Positions 30,384 through 39,748 of a stretch of DNA of 64,000 nucleotides are shown here, one piece after another. The stretch's first letter is position 1. Every line of letters starts with the position of its first letter. Origin of the DNA: a virus. Lineage: Duplodnaviria > Heunggongvirae > Uroviricota > Caudoviricetes. The notes beneath the pieces are model-generated. The model saw only the letters and a list, made by a program, of their open reading frames with translations, was not told the origin of the DNA and made no database searches. The position numbers and the translations under genes were made by a program. Where the stretch lies: IMG/VR virus record IMGVR_UViG_2671180890_000004; one strand, written 5' to 3'.

Positions 30384-31379
30384 GTGACCGTGAGAGCACT
30401 ACTGACCCCTGAAATTGCCCCGCGTATGGGGATCGTATTGTTCAGACCAGGTTCAGAGCTGATGCCCTTGTTTATGCAGGGGCGTGTCTTGCTGGAGCCT
30501 GAGCCGGAACGTTATTCATCTTTCGCCAGTGGTGCCGTTCCGGCGGCATCACAACCGCTGGCGGATGATCCTGCCGTTCGGGCCGTGTTCCGCAATGAGG
30601 CAGTGATCCGTCGTGCTGGTGGCGTGGAATGTCTTGAAAGCTGGTTACTTCGTGAAAAAGGCTGCCAGTGGCCTCATTCCGACTGGCACAGCGAGAACAT
30701 GACAACAATGCGACACGCTCCGGGCGCAATCCGTTTGTGCTGGCACTGCGATAACCAGCTGCGCGATCAGTTCACGGAACGGCTGGAATCAATGGCAACG
30801 GATAACAGTGCCCGCTGGGTGTTGTCTGTTGTGCGTCGGGATCTCGGTTTTGATGATAGTCACGTTGTGACAATGCCGGAACTGTGCTGGTGGCTGATTC
30901 GTAATGATCTGGCGGATGCCTTACCGGAAAGTGCAGCCCGTAAGGCACTGAGATTACCGAAGCCTGTTGTGCCGTCTGTTACCCGGGAAAGTGACCTTAT
31001 GCCTTCGGTTCCTGCCACCAGCATCATCCAGGATAAGGCGAAAAAGGTGCTGGCGCTGAAAGTGGATCCGGAGTCGCCGGAGTCTTTTATGTTACGCCCC
31101 AAACGTCGCCGCTGGGTTAATGAAAAGTACACGCGATGGGTTAAGACGCAGCCGTGCGCATGTTGTGGAAAACCTGCTGATGATCCCCACCACCTGATAG
31201 GTCACGGTCAGGGTGGAATGGCTACAAAAGCGCATGACCTCTTTGTGTTGCCTTTGTGCAGAAAGCATCACGACGAGCTGCATGCGGATACCGTGGCATT
31301 TGAAGAGAAGTATGGCTCCCAGCTGGAGCTGATATTTCGTTTTATCGATCGTGCACTGGCAATTGGCGTACTGGCCTGA
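30384..31379 (+). CDS. DUF968-family phage protein
   Basis: C-terminal Cys/His cluster (QPCACCGK...HHLIGHG...CRKHHDELH). Confidence 0.55.
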   Translation: MTVRALLTPEIAPRMGIVLFRPGSELMPLFMQGRVLLEPEPERYSSFASGAVPAASQPLADDPAVRAVFRNEAVIRRAGGVECLESWLLREKGCQWPHSDWHSENMTTMRHAPGAIRLCWHCDNQLRDQFTERLESMATDNSARWVLSVVRRDLGFDDSHVVTMPELCWWLIRNDLADALPESAARKALRLPKPVVPSVTRESDLMPSVPATSIIQDKAKKVLALKVDPESPESFMLRPKRRRWVNEKYTRWVKTQPCACCGKPADDPHHLIGHGQGGMATKAHDLFVLPLCRKHHDELHADTVAFEEKYGSQLELIFRFIDRALAIGVLA

Positions 31380-31381
31380 TT

Positions 31382-31738
31382 TTGTGGAGAAAGTTGATGC
31401 GTGATATGTATGAAGTATTGGACCGCTGGGGTGCATGGGCTGCAGCAGATAACAGTGGTGTGGACTGGCAGCCTGTTGCTGCAGGGTTTAAAGGTTTACT
31501 ACCTCATGGAAAGAAAACACGCCAACAATGCGATGATGATGAAGGAATCATGATTGACAGCTGTGTTGCGCGATTGCGGAAATATAAGCCCGAAGAGTAT
31601 GAGTTGGTTATTGCTCATTTTGTTATCGGCATCTCACTAAGAACTATTGCAAAGAAGCAGAAGTGTTCTGATGGGACAATAAGAAAAGAGTTGCAAACAG
31701 CTCTTGGTTTTCTGGATGGTGTGCTTTCAATGTTGTAA
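31382..31738 (+). CDS. late-gene antiterminator Q (QuuD/Q21 type)
   Basis: MRDMYEVLDRWGAWAA...WQPVAAGFKGL...CDDDEG matches the QuuD-type Q family (recalled); likely start at 31397. Confidence 0.7.
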   Translation: MWRKLMRDMYEVLDRWGAWAAADNSGVDWQPVAAGFKGLLPHGKKTRQQCDDDEGIMIDSCVARLRKYKPEEYELVIAHFVIGISLRTIAKKQKCSDGTIRKELQTALGFLDGVLSML

Positions 31739-31742
31739 TATT

Positions 31743-31766
31743 AGGGGGGATTACCCCCCTTTTTTT
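31743..31766 (+). terminator. rho-independent terminator immediately after Q
   Basis: Stem GGGGGG-atta-CCCCCC followed by T7. Confidence 0.7.
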
Positions 31767-32299
31767 CTCTGTTGCTTTAATAAAATTTTAATATTTTGTC
31801 TGATTATGATGAGGCAATGTAATAAAAGAAATACCGTTAGTATTGCAAGCCATACGCAAAATAAGCATGCATATAAATTAGTTGAAAGCCCAATAGTGAA
31901 TTGTGCAATTGCTGTTGTGATAGAACATAATATTGATGTATTAATAAATGAGGATAAATTGTCTAAAGGTTTATAAAGTACACTATCATTGATTTTGTCA
32001 ATAGGTATACCAGTGGCAATGCTATAAATTTCCTTATATTCCTGAGTTGCAAAAACCTTATCGCGTAAATTTATTATGACAAAGGTATGCAGGCTCAATA
32101 AAAATGAGCCCACGGAAATAAAACCGGAGAAGAGATAGCCTCGTAAGTTTTTATGATAAAAATCAAAAAAGTTAACACTTACTTTAGGTGTGTTTCTGTA
32201 CAATAGGTAAAGTGCAAGCAATGCCAGGATCGAGAATGCAAGCAGTGTAAGGTACTGATACCTCAATCTTTTATTTATTAGCCATTCATATAAAGGCAT
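31751..32299 (-). CDS. four-TM membrane protein (182 aa), second gene of AT-rich cassette
   Basis: Four hydrophobic helices; overlaps the upstream gene by 14 nt; very AT-rich. Confidence 0.6.
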   Translation of the reverse strand: MPLYEWLINKRLRYQYLTLLAFSILALLALYLLYRNTPKVSVNFFDFYHKNLRGYLFSGFISVGSFLLSLHTFVIINLRDKVFATQEYKEIYSIATGIPIDKINDSVLYKPLDNLSSFINTSILCSITTAIAQFTIGLSTNLYACLFCVWLAILTVFLLLHCLIIIRQNIKILLKQQRKKGG

Positions 32300-33212
32300 T
32301 TTTATTCGTCCCGTTCAGCATTTCTTCTTTTATCATATCAAAAACAGGGTTTGTTGTATAATTATCGTTTGTCAATCCATTGACTTTATCGGCAATTATA
32401 TCGAAATCGTATGTTTCAAAAAAAACAGGGCAGTTCATAAAATCAATGGTTTTTTCTATTCCTGCATGGTTTACTGCAATAACCTGTGCTTTAGCAACTC
32501 CACTCATAGAATTATAAATATTTGAAAGATTCTGAGATAGTTGTTGCACTTTTGTTCTGTCGCTAGAATTAAAATTCATATCTATTGTGGTGGTGTTAAC
32601 AAATTGTTCAAGCGCAGTCATTGGTCCACCTTTAAAATCTATATAATTAAATTTAAAGCTTGTGCTTTTAATCTCTTTGAATTGACATAAAACACTCTGA
32701 ATGTTGTTTTTATTTGTCATAAGGCTGAAAGTCAGTCTTTCTTTGTATTTTTTATTTATTGCAGTTACTTCTTTTTGTTTTGGTTTATCACCAAGTTTTT
32801 TTATTTCTTCTTTATTTTGATTTCTGATAAATTCATTACTTATTGTTTCTAAATGAGAAAAGAGAGTGTTCAGACTGCATGAACCGTGGTGATACATATA
32901 GAGACCAGAAAGATTAGATTTTTTAATTAAGAAAAAGTTGAAATTAGCAAGTTTGTCACTTCCTTGAAGATCTTCAATTTTAAGCTGGAATTTACCATCA
33001 ACAAATTGCGACTTACAGTTCTTTTTTTGGTTTCTGAATGTGACAACTAATCCATAATAGAAATCATTCACATCCGAAATGAGAATTTTACGAGTATAGT
33101 CTGTGCGACTGTGTTCTCTGTTTGATGCGTTGATAAAAGCATTCATTACGTCAACGGTATTAATATTTTTGTTATTGTTATTTATTGTAAATCCTATGCT
33201 TCTAACTTTCAT
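32286..33212 (-). CDS. hypothetical protein (308 aa), first gene of AT-rich cassette
   Basis: Asn/Lys-rich, AT-rich ORF with no recognised motif; convergent with Q. Confidence 0.6.
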   Translation of the reverse strand: MKVRSIGFTINNNNKNINTVDVMNAFINASNREHSRTDYTRKILISDVNDFYYGLVVTFRNQKKNCKSQFVDGKFQLKIEDLQGSDKLANFNFFLIKKSNLSGLYMYHHGSCSLNTLFSHLETISNEFIRNQNKEEIKKLGDKPKQKEVTAINKKYKERLTFSLMTNKNNIQSVLCQFKEIKSTSFKFNYIDFKGGPMTALEQFVNTTTIDMNFNSSDRTKVQQLSQNLSNIYNSMSGVAKAQVIAVNHAGIEKTIDFMNCPVFFETYDFDIIADKVNGLTNDNYTTNPVFDMIKEEMLNGTNKNAFI

Positions 33213-33477
33213 GTGTATTCCAGGACCGACTAAAGATAGCGAGAATGGGGACGCATAGTTTATAAAAATCCTAACGCGTACGCAAAAAGTATTATATCGT
33301 GTTAAGAGTGGTTACTTCGCCACACAACTTAAACCCGCCGCTGAGCGGTTTTTTTGTACCTGTAAACCTTGTGCAGTACAGTAAACACGCTGGTGGTCGT
33401 GAATACTGGCTTTTTATCTTGCTGGCTTTTTAGACAAGAGTTATTGGTATGTCATGTTAACCAGAAGGGAAAAGACA

Positions 33478-33680
33478 TGCTAAAACAGCAAGATATGACA
33501 GAAACCGCCGCCGCAGTCCTTCATTTCTTACCTGCTGACAAGTGGGTAACGCCACGCATGATGACGAGAACTACCGGAGTAAGCGAAGCCCGGTGCCAGT
33601 TAATACTGACTCAGTTAGTTCTGGCGGGTCTGGCGAAGGATAACGGCGGGTACGGGAATAAATTCAGACGCTGCCAGTAA
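33478..33680 (+). CDS. small winged-helix DNA-binding protein
   Basis: 67-aa ORF with AAGGGA RBS; helix-turn-helix-like VSEARCQLILTQLVLAGLA. Confidence 0.4.
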
Positions 33681-33830
33681 TGGCGGTTTCCTGCTGTGAA
33701 AATGGGCGGCTGGTGGGTGTTGGTAGCACCTGCCAGCCATTCGCTCATGCTTACTGGTCACAAGCGAACCACGGCCCACTGCTTTAGCGCAAAAGCAGAG
33801 TGAGCCTACCAGAGTTACGCTTACTGATCC

Positions 33831-34883
33831 ATGAAAAATACTGTAAAAATAAACAGTGTTGATTTAATCAACGCTGATTGCCTGCATTTTATTCAGTCCC
33901 TGCCTGATGATTCCATTGACCTGATTGTTACCGATCCGCCTTACTTCAAGGTGAAACCCAACGGTTGGGACAATCAGTGGAAAGGGGACGAAGATTACCT
34001 TAAGTGGCTGGACCACTGTCTGGCCCAGTTCTGGCGGGTGTTGAAACCTGCCGGAAGCCTTTACCTGTTCTGTGGGCATCGCCTGGCATCTGATATTGAG
34101 ATCATGATGCGTGAACGTTTCAACGTGCTTAACCATATCATCTGGGCGAAGCCGTCCGGACGTTGGAATGGGTGTAATAAAGAAAGTCTGCGCGCATATT
34201 TTCCTGCCACAGAGCGCGTTCTGTTTGCTGAACATTACCAGGGGCCATATCGCGGCAAAAGTGACGGCTATGCGGCAAAAGAAAGGGAACTCAAACAGCA
34301 CATAATGGCACCGCTGATATCGTATTTCAGGGATGCTCGTGCCGAACTGGGTATAACGGCAAAACAAATTGCCGAAGCCACAGGTAAGAAAAATATGGTT
34401 TCCCACTGGTTTGGTGCCAGTCAGTGGCAGTTGCCGAATGAGGCTGACTATCGGAAGTTACAGGCACTGTTTTCCCGTATAGCGGCAGAGAAGTTTCAGG
34501 AACAACAACTGGAACAACCACACCACCAGCTGGTGGCATCTTATGATTCACTGAATCGCAAATATTCTGAATTGCTGGATGAGTTTAAATCTCTCCGGCG
34601 CTATTTCTCCGTATCAGTCTCCGTGCCTTATACCGATGTCTGGATGCATAAACCCGTTCAGTTCTACCCGGGTAAACATCCGTGTGAGAAACCAGTGGAT
34701 ATGCTCAGGCAAATAATCAATGCCAGTAGTCGACCTGGTGATCTGGTTGCTGATTTTTTTATGGGATCCGGTTCCACAATAAAAGCAGCAATGGCGCTGG
34801 GGCGTCGGGCCTTAGGTGTTGAGCTTGAGTCAGAGCGGTTTAACCAGACAGTGAAAGAGATAAACGAGCTGGTGGGGAAATAA
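33831..34883 (+). CDS. orphan DNA methyltransferase (N6-adenine/N4-cytosine, beta class)
   Basis: Catalytic TDPPYF near the N-terminus and AdoMet motif DFFMGSGST near the C-terminus. Confidence 0.8.
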
Positions 34884-34889
34884 TCTGGT

Positions 34890-34915
34890 GGCCACGTCAG
34901 GTGGCCTTTTTATTT
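34890..34915 (+). terminator. rho-independent terminator between methylase and holin
   Basis: Stem GGCCAC / GTGGCC followed by a T-run. Confidence 0.5.
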
Positions 34916-34950
34916 CCATTACACAGCACCCGCATCTGCGAGGTGGGGTT

Positions 34951-35166
34951 ATGAAATCCATGGATAAGTTAACAACGGGTGTCGCCTATGGCACCTCAGC
35001 AGGTAGTGCCGGGTACTGGTTTTTACAGTTGCTCGATAAAGTCACGCCCTCACAGTGGGCGGCAATAGGTGTGCTGGGTAGTCTGGTATTTGGCCTGCTG
35101 ACGTACCTGACAAACCTTTATTTCAAGATTAAAGAAGATAAGCGCAAGGCTGCGAGAGGTGAATAA
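34951..35166 (+). CDS. pinholin (phage 21 S21-type, dual-start)
   Basis: MKSMDK dual-start motif and near-identity to S21 (recalled). Confidence 0.85.
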
Positions 35167-35663
35167 TGCCTCCATCATTACGAAAAGCAGTTGCTGCTGC
35201 TATTGGTGGCGGAGCAATTGCTATAGCATCAGTGTTAATCACTGGCCCAAGTGGTGACGATGGCCTGGAAGGTGTCAGTTACATACCATACAAAGATATC
35301 GTTGGCGTATGGACTGTATGTCACGGACACACCGGAAAAGACATCATGCTCGGTAAAACGTATACCGAAGCAGAATGCAAAGCCCTCCTGAATAAAGACC
35401 TTGCCACGGTTGCCAGACAAATTAACCCGTACATCAAAGTCGATATACCGGAAACAACGCGCGGCGCTCTTTACTCGTTCGTCTACAACGTGGGTGCTGG
35501 CAATTTCAGAACATCGACGCTTCTTCGCAAAATAAACCAGGGCGATATCAAAGGCGCATGTGACCAGCTACGTCGCTGGATATACGCTGGCGGTAAGCAA
35601 TGGAAAGGCCTGATGACTCGTCGTGAGATTGAGCGTGAAGTCTGTTTGTGGGGGCAACAATGA
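35166..35663 (+). CDS. SAR endolysin (phage 21 R21-type lysozyme)
   Basis: Gly/Ala-rich N-terminal signal-anchor-release helix followed by a lysozyme domain. Confidence 0.85.
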   Translation: MPPSLRKAVAAAIGGGAIAIASVLITGPSGDDGLEGVSYIPYKDIVGVWTVCHGHTGKDIMLGKTYTEAECKALLNKDLATVARQINPYIKVDIPETTRGALYSFVYNVGAGNFRTSTLLRKINQGDIKGACDQLRRWIYAGGKQWKGLMTRREIEREVCLWGQQ

Positions 35664-36127
35664 GCAGAGTAACCGCGATTATCTCCGCTCTGGTTATCTG
35701 CATCATCGTCTGCCTGTCGTGGGCGGTCAATCATTACCGTGATAACGCCATCGCCTACAAAGAACAGCGAGATAAAAAAGTCAGTGAGCTGAAGGAGGCG
35801 ACCGCCACCATTACTGACATGCAGCAGCGCCAGCGTTCTGCTGATGCACTCGATGCTAAATACACGAAGGAGTTAGCTGATGCGAAAGCTAAAAATGATG
35901 CTCTTCGGCGCAAGCTTGATAATGGTGGTCGGGTGTTCGTCAAAGGAAAATGCCCTGTGCCATCCTCAGCCGAAACCTCCAGCGCCTCCGGCATGGGCAA
36001 TGATGCCACCGTCGAACTCTCTCCAGTTGCTGGACGAAACGTTCTCGGTATCCGGGACGGAATTATCCGCGACCAAACAGCACTGAGAACGCTTCAGGAA
36101 TACATCAGGACGCAATGCCTTCGATGA
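35660..36127 (+). CDS. i-spanin Rz
   Basis: N-terminal TM helix then coiled-coil; follows the endolysin. Confidence 0.75.
   Translation: MSRVTAIISALVICIIVCLSWAVNHYRDNAIAYKEQRDKKVSELKEATATITDMQQRQRSADALDAKYTKELADAKAKNDALRRKLDNGGRVFVKGKCPVPSSAETSSASGMGNDATVELSPVAGRNVLGIRDGIIRDQTALRTLQEYIRTQCLR
35880..36086 (+). CDS. o-spanin Rz1 (lipoprotein embedded in Rz in the +1 frame)
   Basis: Lipobox VVGCSS and Pro-rich mature region, nested within Rz. Confidence 0.7.
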   Translation: MRKLKMMLFGASLIMVVGCSSKENALCHPQPKPPAPPAWAMMPPSNSLQLLDETFSVSGTELSATKQH

Positions 36128-36301
36128 TAGCGATAATTTTACTCATCATCCTTCACATCTGGCTCTGTAGACAGGATGGTGATCACTTCTGGAGTGAATC
36201 CAGATTAAACATCTCATTGCTGATGCTTGATATTGAGCATCTTGCGCGCGGTAAGGGGCTGCGTTGAGATAAGAGCCAGTCATTACAAATACCAGGATTT
36301 A

Positions 36302-36325
36302 GCCTCGCATTCGCGGGGCTTTTTA
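36302..36325 (+). terminator. rho-independent terminator after the lysis cassette
   Basis: Stem GCCTCGC / GCGGGGC followed by T5. Confidence 0.5.
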
Positions 36326-36749
36326 TTGCCATTACAAAAGCCACTCCCTACAGAGTGGCTTTGATAATGGCTTATACCCTACACGGGATAGCTTAACTGA
36401 TATCCCTTTTAACGGATAAAGGTATTCAAGCCTGACACATCATGCGCTGTATCGTCGCCGTATTCCCGTATTAACAGAGACCGTAGCCCGACGGGGAACT
36501 CCTTCTGCGCGAGTGTGCGGGAATAATCAAAAACGATGCACACCGGGTTTTTACCGCGTTTATGGTTCGCGGGTTTGTCCCTCATGCTCGCCAGTCCTGT
36601 GCGGGGGTGGAAGAAACAGGACACTTACACAGATTCTTGTGGGCGCGATGCTATGCCTTTCTGGATTATCCCGATGCCATTCATGCAAGGCGTTGTATCA
36701 GACGTTCGTCAGAGCTGTCAGGCTGACGGGTCCTCCCGGTGGGGTGGCC

Positions 36750-36800
36750 TGCCACGGGGCGGGAGCGTCGCGGGAAAAGGCTAGTTTTTGAAATTTCATT
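36750..36800. other. candidate cos site (cosN-like)
   Basis: GGGGCGGGAGCGTCGCGGG resembles lambda cosN GGGCGGCGACCTCGCGGG (recalled); lies just upstream of the terminase small-subunit gene. Confidence 0.4.
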
Positions 36801-36942
36801 CGTCATCACCACTACTGTAATGCATTGATATTACATTGGTTTTATTTTTATGGTGTCGATTTTGATTGTTTTTTGTTCATCACTAACACCGTTTGCCTAA
36901 AGTTGTTCGCAAGATGCATGTTTAAAACATTCTGGAGCGGGT

Positions 36943-37437
36943 ATGGATCGAGAGTTAAAAAATCTGACGCTGAATATCAGTCAACTGGCGGCACTGTCAG
37001 GTGTACATCGCCAGACTGCTGCGGCAAGGCTGCAAAATCTACCCGTTGCAGGGGGGCATGAAAGCAACCTCAAGCTTTATCGGGTGGTTGATATTGTGTC
37101 GGCATTTCTGGCATTACCACCGCCGGTTGCAGAAGGCGAAATGGACGCGCATGAGCGCAAAGCCTGGTATCAGTCTGAACGTGAGCGTCTTAAGTTCGAA
37201 CAGGAAACGGCGCAACTCATTCCGGCCAGTGATGTCAGACGGGAGTTTGCCATCTGGGCAAAAGCGGTCGTGCAGGTGCTGGAGACATTACCGGATATTC
37301 TGGAACGTGACTGCGGTCTGCAGCCTGCCGCTGTGAGCCGTGTTCAGTCCATTATTGATGATCTGCGCGATCAGATAGCCCTGCGGGTGACCGAAGCAGG
37401 TGCGGATGATGAGGAGGAATTACAGCAGGAGGAGTAA
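36943..37437 (+). CDS. terminase small subunit (Nu1-like)
   Basis: N-terminal wHTH (LNISQLAALSGVHRQTAAARL) and position before terminase large subunit. Confidence 0.7.
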   Translation: MDRELKNLTLNISQLAALSGVHRQTAAARLQNLPVAGGHESNLKLYRVVDIVSAFLALPPPVAEGEMDAHERKAWYQSERERLKFEQETAQLIPASDVRREFAIWAKAVVQVLETLPDILERDCGLQPAAVSRVQSIIDDLRDQIALRVTEAGADDEEELQQEE

Positions 37438-39539
37438 TGCTGAATCAGGAAACCGCAAAGGCAGCACGAACCGATTCAGGTTATATCCTTCGCGCACCGA
37501 GGCGAATGCGGGTTGCTGATGCCGTTGCTCAGTATATGCGGGTGCCCATGGGGGCAGGGAACTCAGTCCCGTGGGATCCGCTGGTGGCACCGTATGTTAT
37601 TGAGCCGATGAACTGCCTGGCCTCGCGTGAATACGACGCAGTGATATTTGTTGGCCCGGCACGAACCGGCAAGACTATCGGCCTGATTGACGGCTGGGTG
37701 ATTTACAACGTGATTTGCGATCCTGCTGATATGCTGATCATTCAGATGACGGAGGAAAAAGCCCGCGAACACTCCAAAAAACGACTCGCCAGAACGTTTC
37801 GCGTCAGCCCGGAAGTGGTCAGTCGCCTGAGTCCGAACAAAAATGACAACAACGTTTATGACAGAACATTCCTTGCTGGTAACTACCTGAAAATCGGCTG
37901 GCCGTCAGTCAATATCATGTCCTCATCAGATTATAAATGCGTCGCGCTGACGGATTATGACCGTTTTCCGGAAGATATTGATGGCGAGGGGGATGCTTTC
38001 TCTCTTGCCTCAAAACGTACCACAACATTTATGTCCAGTGGTATGACGCTGGTGGAGAGTTCCCCCGGCAGGGATGTGAAGGATGTGAAATGGCGACGGA
38101 CTTCACCGCATGAGGCTCCACCAACCACGGGGATACTGTCGCTCTATAACCGTGGCGATCGCCGTCGCTGGTACTGGCCCTGTCCACACTGTGGTGAGTA
38201 TTTTCAGCCCTGCGGCGATGTGGTTGCTGGTTTCCGTGATATTGCCGATCCCGTGCTGGCAAGTGAGGCGGCTTATATTCAGTGTCCTTCCTGTTCAGGA
38301 CGGATTATGCCTGAACAAAAACGTGAGCTGAACGGACGTGGGGTCTGGTTGCGGGATGGTGAATCCATCAATGCGGATGGTAGTCGTTATGGTGATCCCC
38401 GACGCTCACGTATTGCGTCATTCTGGATGGAGGGTCCGGCAGCTGCTTACCAGACACTCTCGCAACTCGTTTACAAACTGCTTACTGCAGAACAGGAATA
38501 CGAGACAACCGGAAGTGAAGAAACACTCAGGGCGGTTATCAATACTGACTGGGGATTACCTTATCTTCCCCGCGCCAGCATGGAGCAACGAAAAAGTGAA
38601 CTGCTTGAGCAGCGGGCAGAGCCAGTTCCTTCCCGCAGTGTGCCGGATGGCGTTAATTTCCTTGTGGCGACAGTGGATGTGCAGGCGGGACGTCATCGCC
38701 GTTTTGTGGTTCAGGTAACGGGCTATGGCAGCCGTGGCGAACGCTGGATTATTGATCGTTACAACATCACGCAGTCATTGCGCGGTGACAGCGACGGGGA
38801 GAGCCAGCGAATTGATCCGGCCAGCTATCCGGAAGACTGGGATGTCCTGCTGACGGATGTTTTTCATAAAAGCTGGCCGCTGGCCTCCGATCCTTCTCAA
38901 CAAATGCGACTGATGGCAATGGCGGTGGACTCCGGCGGTGAAGACGGGGTCACTGATAATGCCTATAAATTCTGGCGTCGTTGCCGTCGTGATGGCCTTG
39001 GTAAACGTATTTACCTGTTTAAGGGCGACAGCATCCGGCGCGCAAAACTGATCACCCGTACATTCCCTGATAACACCGGACGAACGGGCCGACGGGCGCA
39101 GGCCGCAGGTGATGTGCCGCTCTGGCTTCTTCAGACGGATGCCCTGAAAGACCGGGTGAATAACGCGTTATGGCGTGACTCGCCAGGTCCCGGCTATGTG
39201 CATTTTCCTGACTGGCTGGGGAGCTGGTTTTACGACGAACTGACGTATGAAGAGCGGAGCAGTGACGGGAAATGGAGTAAGCCGGGGCGCGGTGCCAACG
39301 AAGCCTTTGACCTGATGGTGTATGCCGAGGCTCTGGTCATTCTGCATGGATACGAAAAGATCCGCTGGCCGGATGTACCGGAATGGGCGAGCCGGGAAAC
39401 CTGGCTGGAGTGTGTCCCGGACAGTACCGAACCGTCACCCTCACCGGAACCGGTATCCACGCCTGTTAAAAAACAAAAACGGAAGAAAACAGTAACTGAC
39501 GATGTTAACCCCTGGCTGACTTCCGGAGGATGGTTATGA
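37437..39539 (+). CDS. terminase large subunit (lambda gpA family)
   Basis: Walker A-like VGPARTGKT and gpA-like WYWPCPHCGE zinc-binding segment. Confidence 0.9.
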   Translation: MLNQETAKAARTDSGYILRAPRRMRVADAVAQYMRVPMGAGNSVPWDPLVAPYVIEPMNCLASREYDAVIFVGPARTGKTIGLIDGWVIYNVICDPADMLIIQMTEEKAREHSKKRLARTFRVSPEVVSRLSPNKNDNNVYDRTFLAGNYLKIGWPSVNIMSSSDYKCVALTDYDRFPEDIDGEGDAFSLASKRTTTFMSSGMTLVESSPGRDVKDVKWRRTSPHEAPPTTGILSLYNRGDRRRWYWPCPHCGEYFQPCGDVVAGFRDIADPVLASEAAYIQCPSCSGRIMPEQKRELNGRGVWLRDGESINADGSRYGDPRRSRIASFWMEGPAAAYQTLSQLVYKLLTAEQEYETTGSEETLRAVINTDWGLPYLPRASMEQRKSELLEQRAEPVPSRSVPDGVNFLVATVDVQAGRHRRFVVQVTGYGSRGERWIIDRYNITQSLRGDSDGESQRIDPASYPEDWDVLLTDVFHKSWPLASDPSQQMRLMAMAVDSGGEDGVTDNAYKFWRRCRRDGLGKRIYLFKGDSIRRAKLITRTFPDNTGRTGRRAQAAGDVPLWLLQTDALKDRVNNALWRDSPGPGYVHFPDWLGSWFYDELTYEERSSDGKWSKPGRGANEAFDLMVYAEALVILHGYEKIRWPDVPEWASRETWLECVPDSTEPSPSPEPVSTPVKKQKRKKTVTDDVNPWLTSGGWL

Positions 39540-39748
39540 ACCAGAATGATATCGAAGCCATGATTCAGCGTTATACGGAAGCTGAAATGGCGGTGCTGGA
39601 CGGAAAATCCGTCACCTTTAATGGTCAGCAGATGACCATGGAAAACTTATCTGAGATCCGGCAGGGACGGCAGGAGTGGGAGCGCCGCCTTGCGGCTCTG
39701 ATTACACGACGACGGGGGCATCCCGGGTACCGGCTGGCGAGGTTCTGA
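39530..39748 (+). CDS. head-tail joining protein (gpW-like)
   Basis: Size and position between terminase and portal. Confidence 0.7.
   Translation: MVMNQNDIEAMIQRYTEAEMAVLDGKSVTFNGQQMTMENLSEIRQGRQEWERRLAALITRRRGHPGYRLARF

Noticed and set aside
36409-36624. Small minus-strand ORF between the lysis cassette and cos (a Bor-like gene was expected here)
   Set aside because: No signal peptide or lipobox and no resemblance to Bor; region treated as non-coding.
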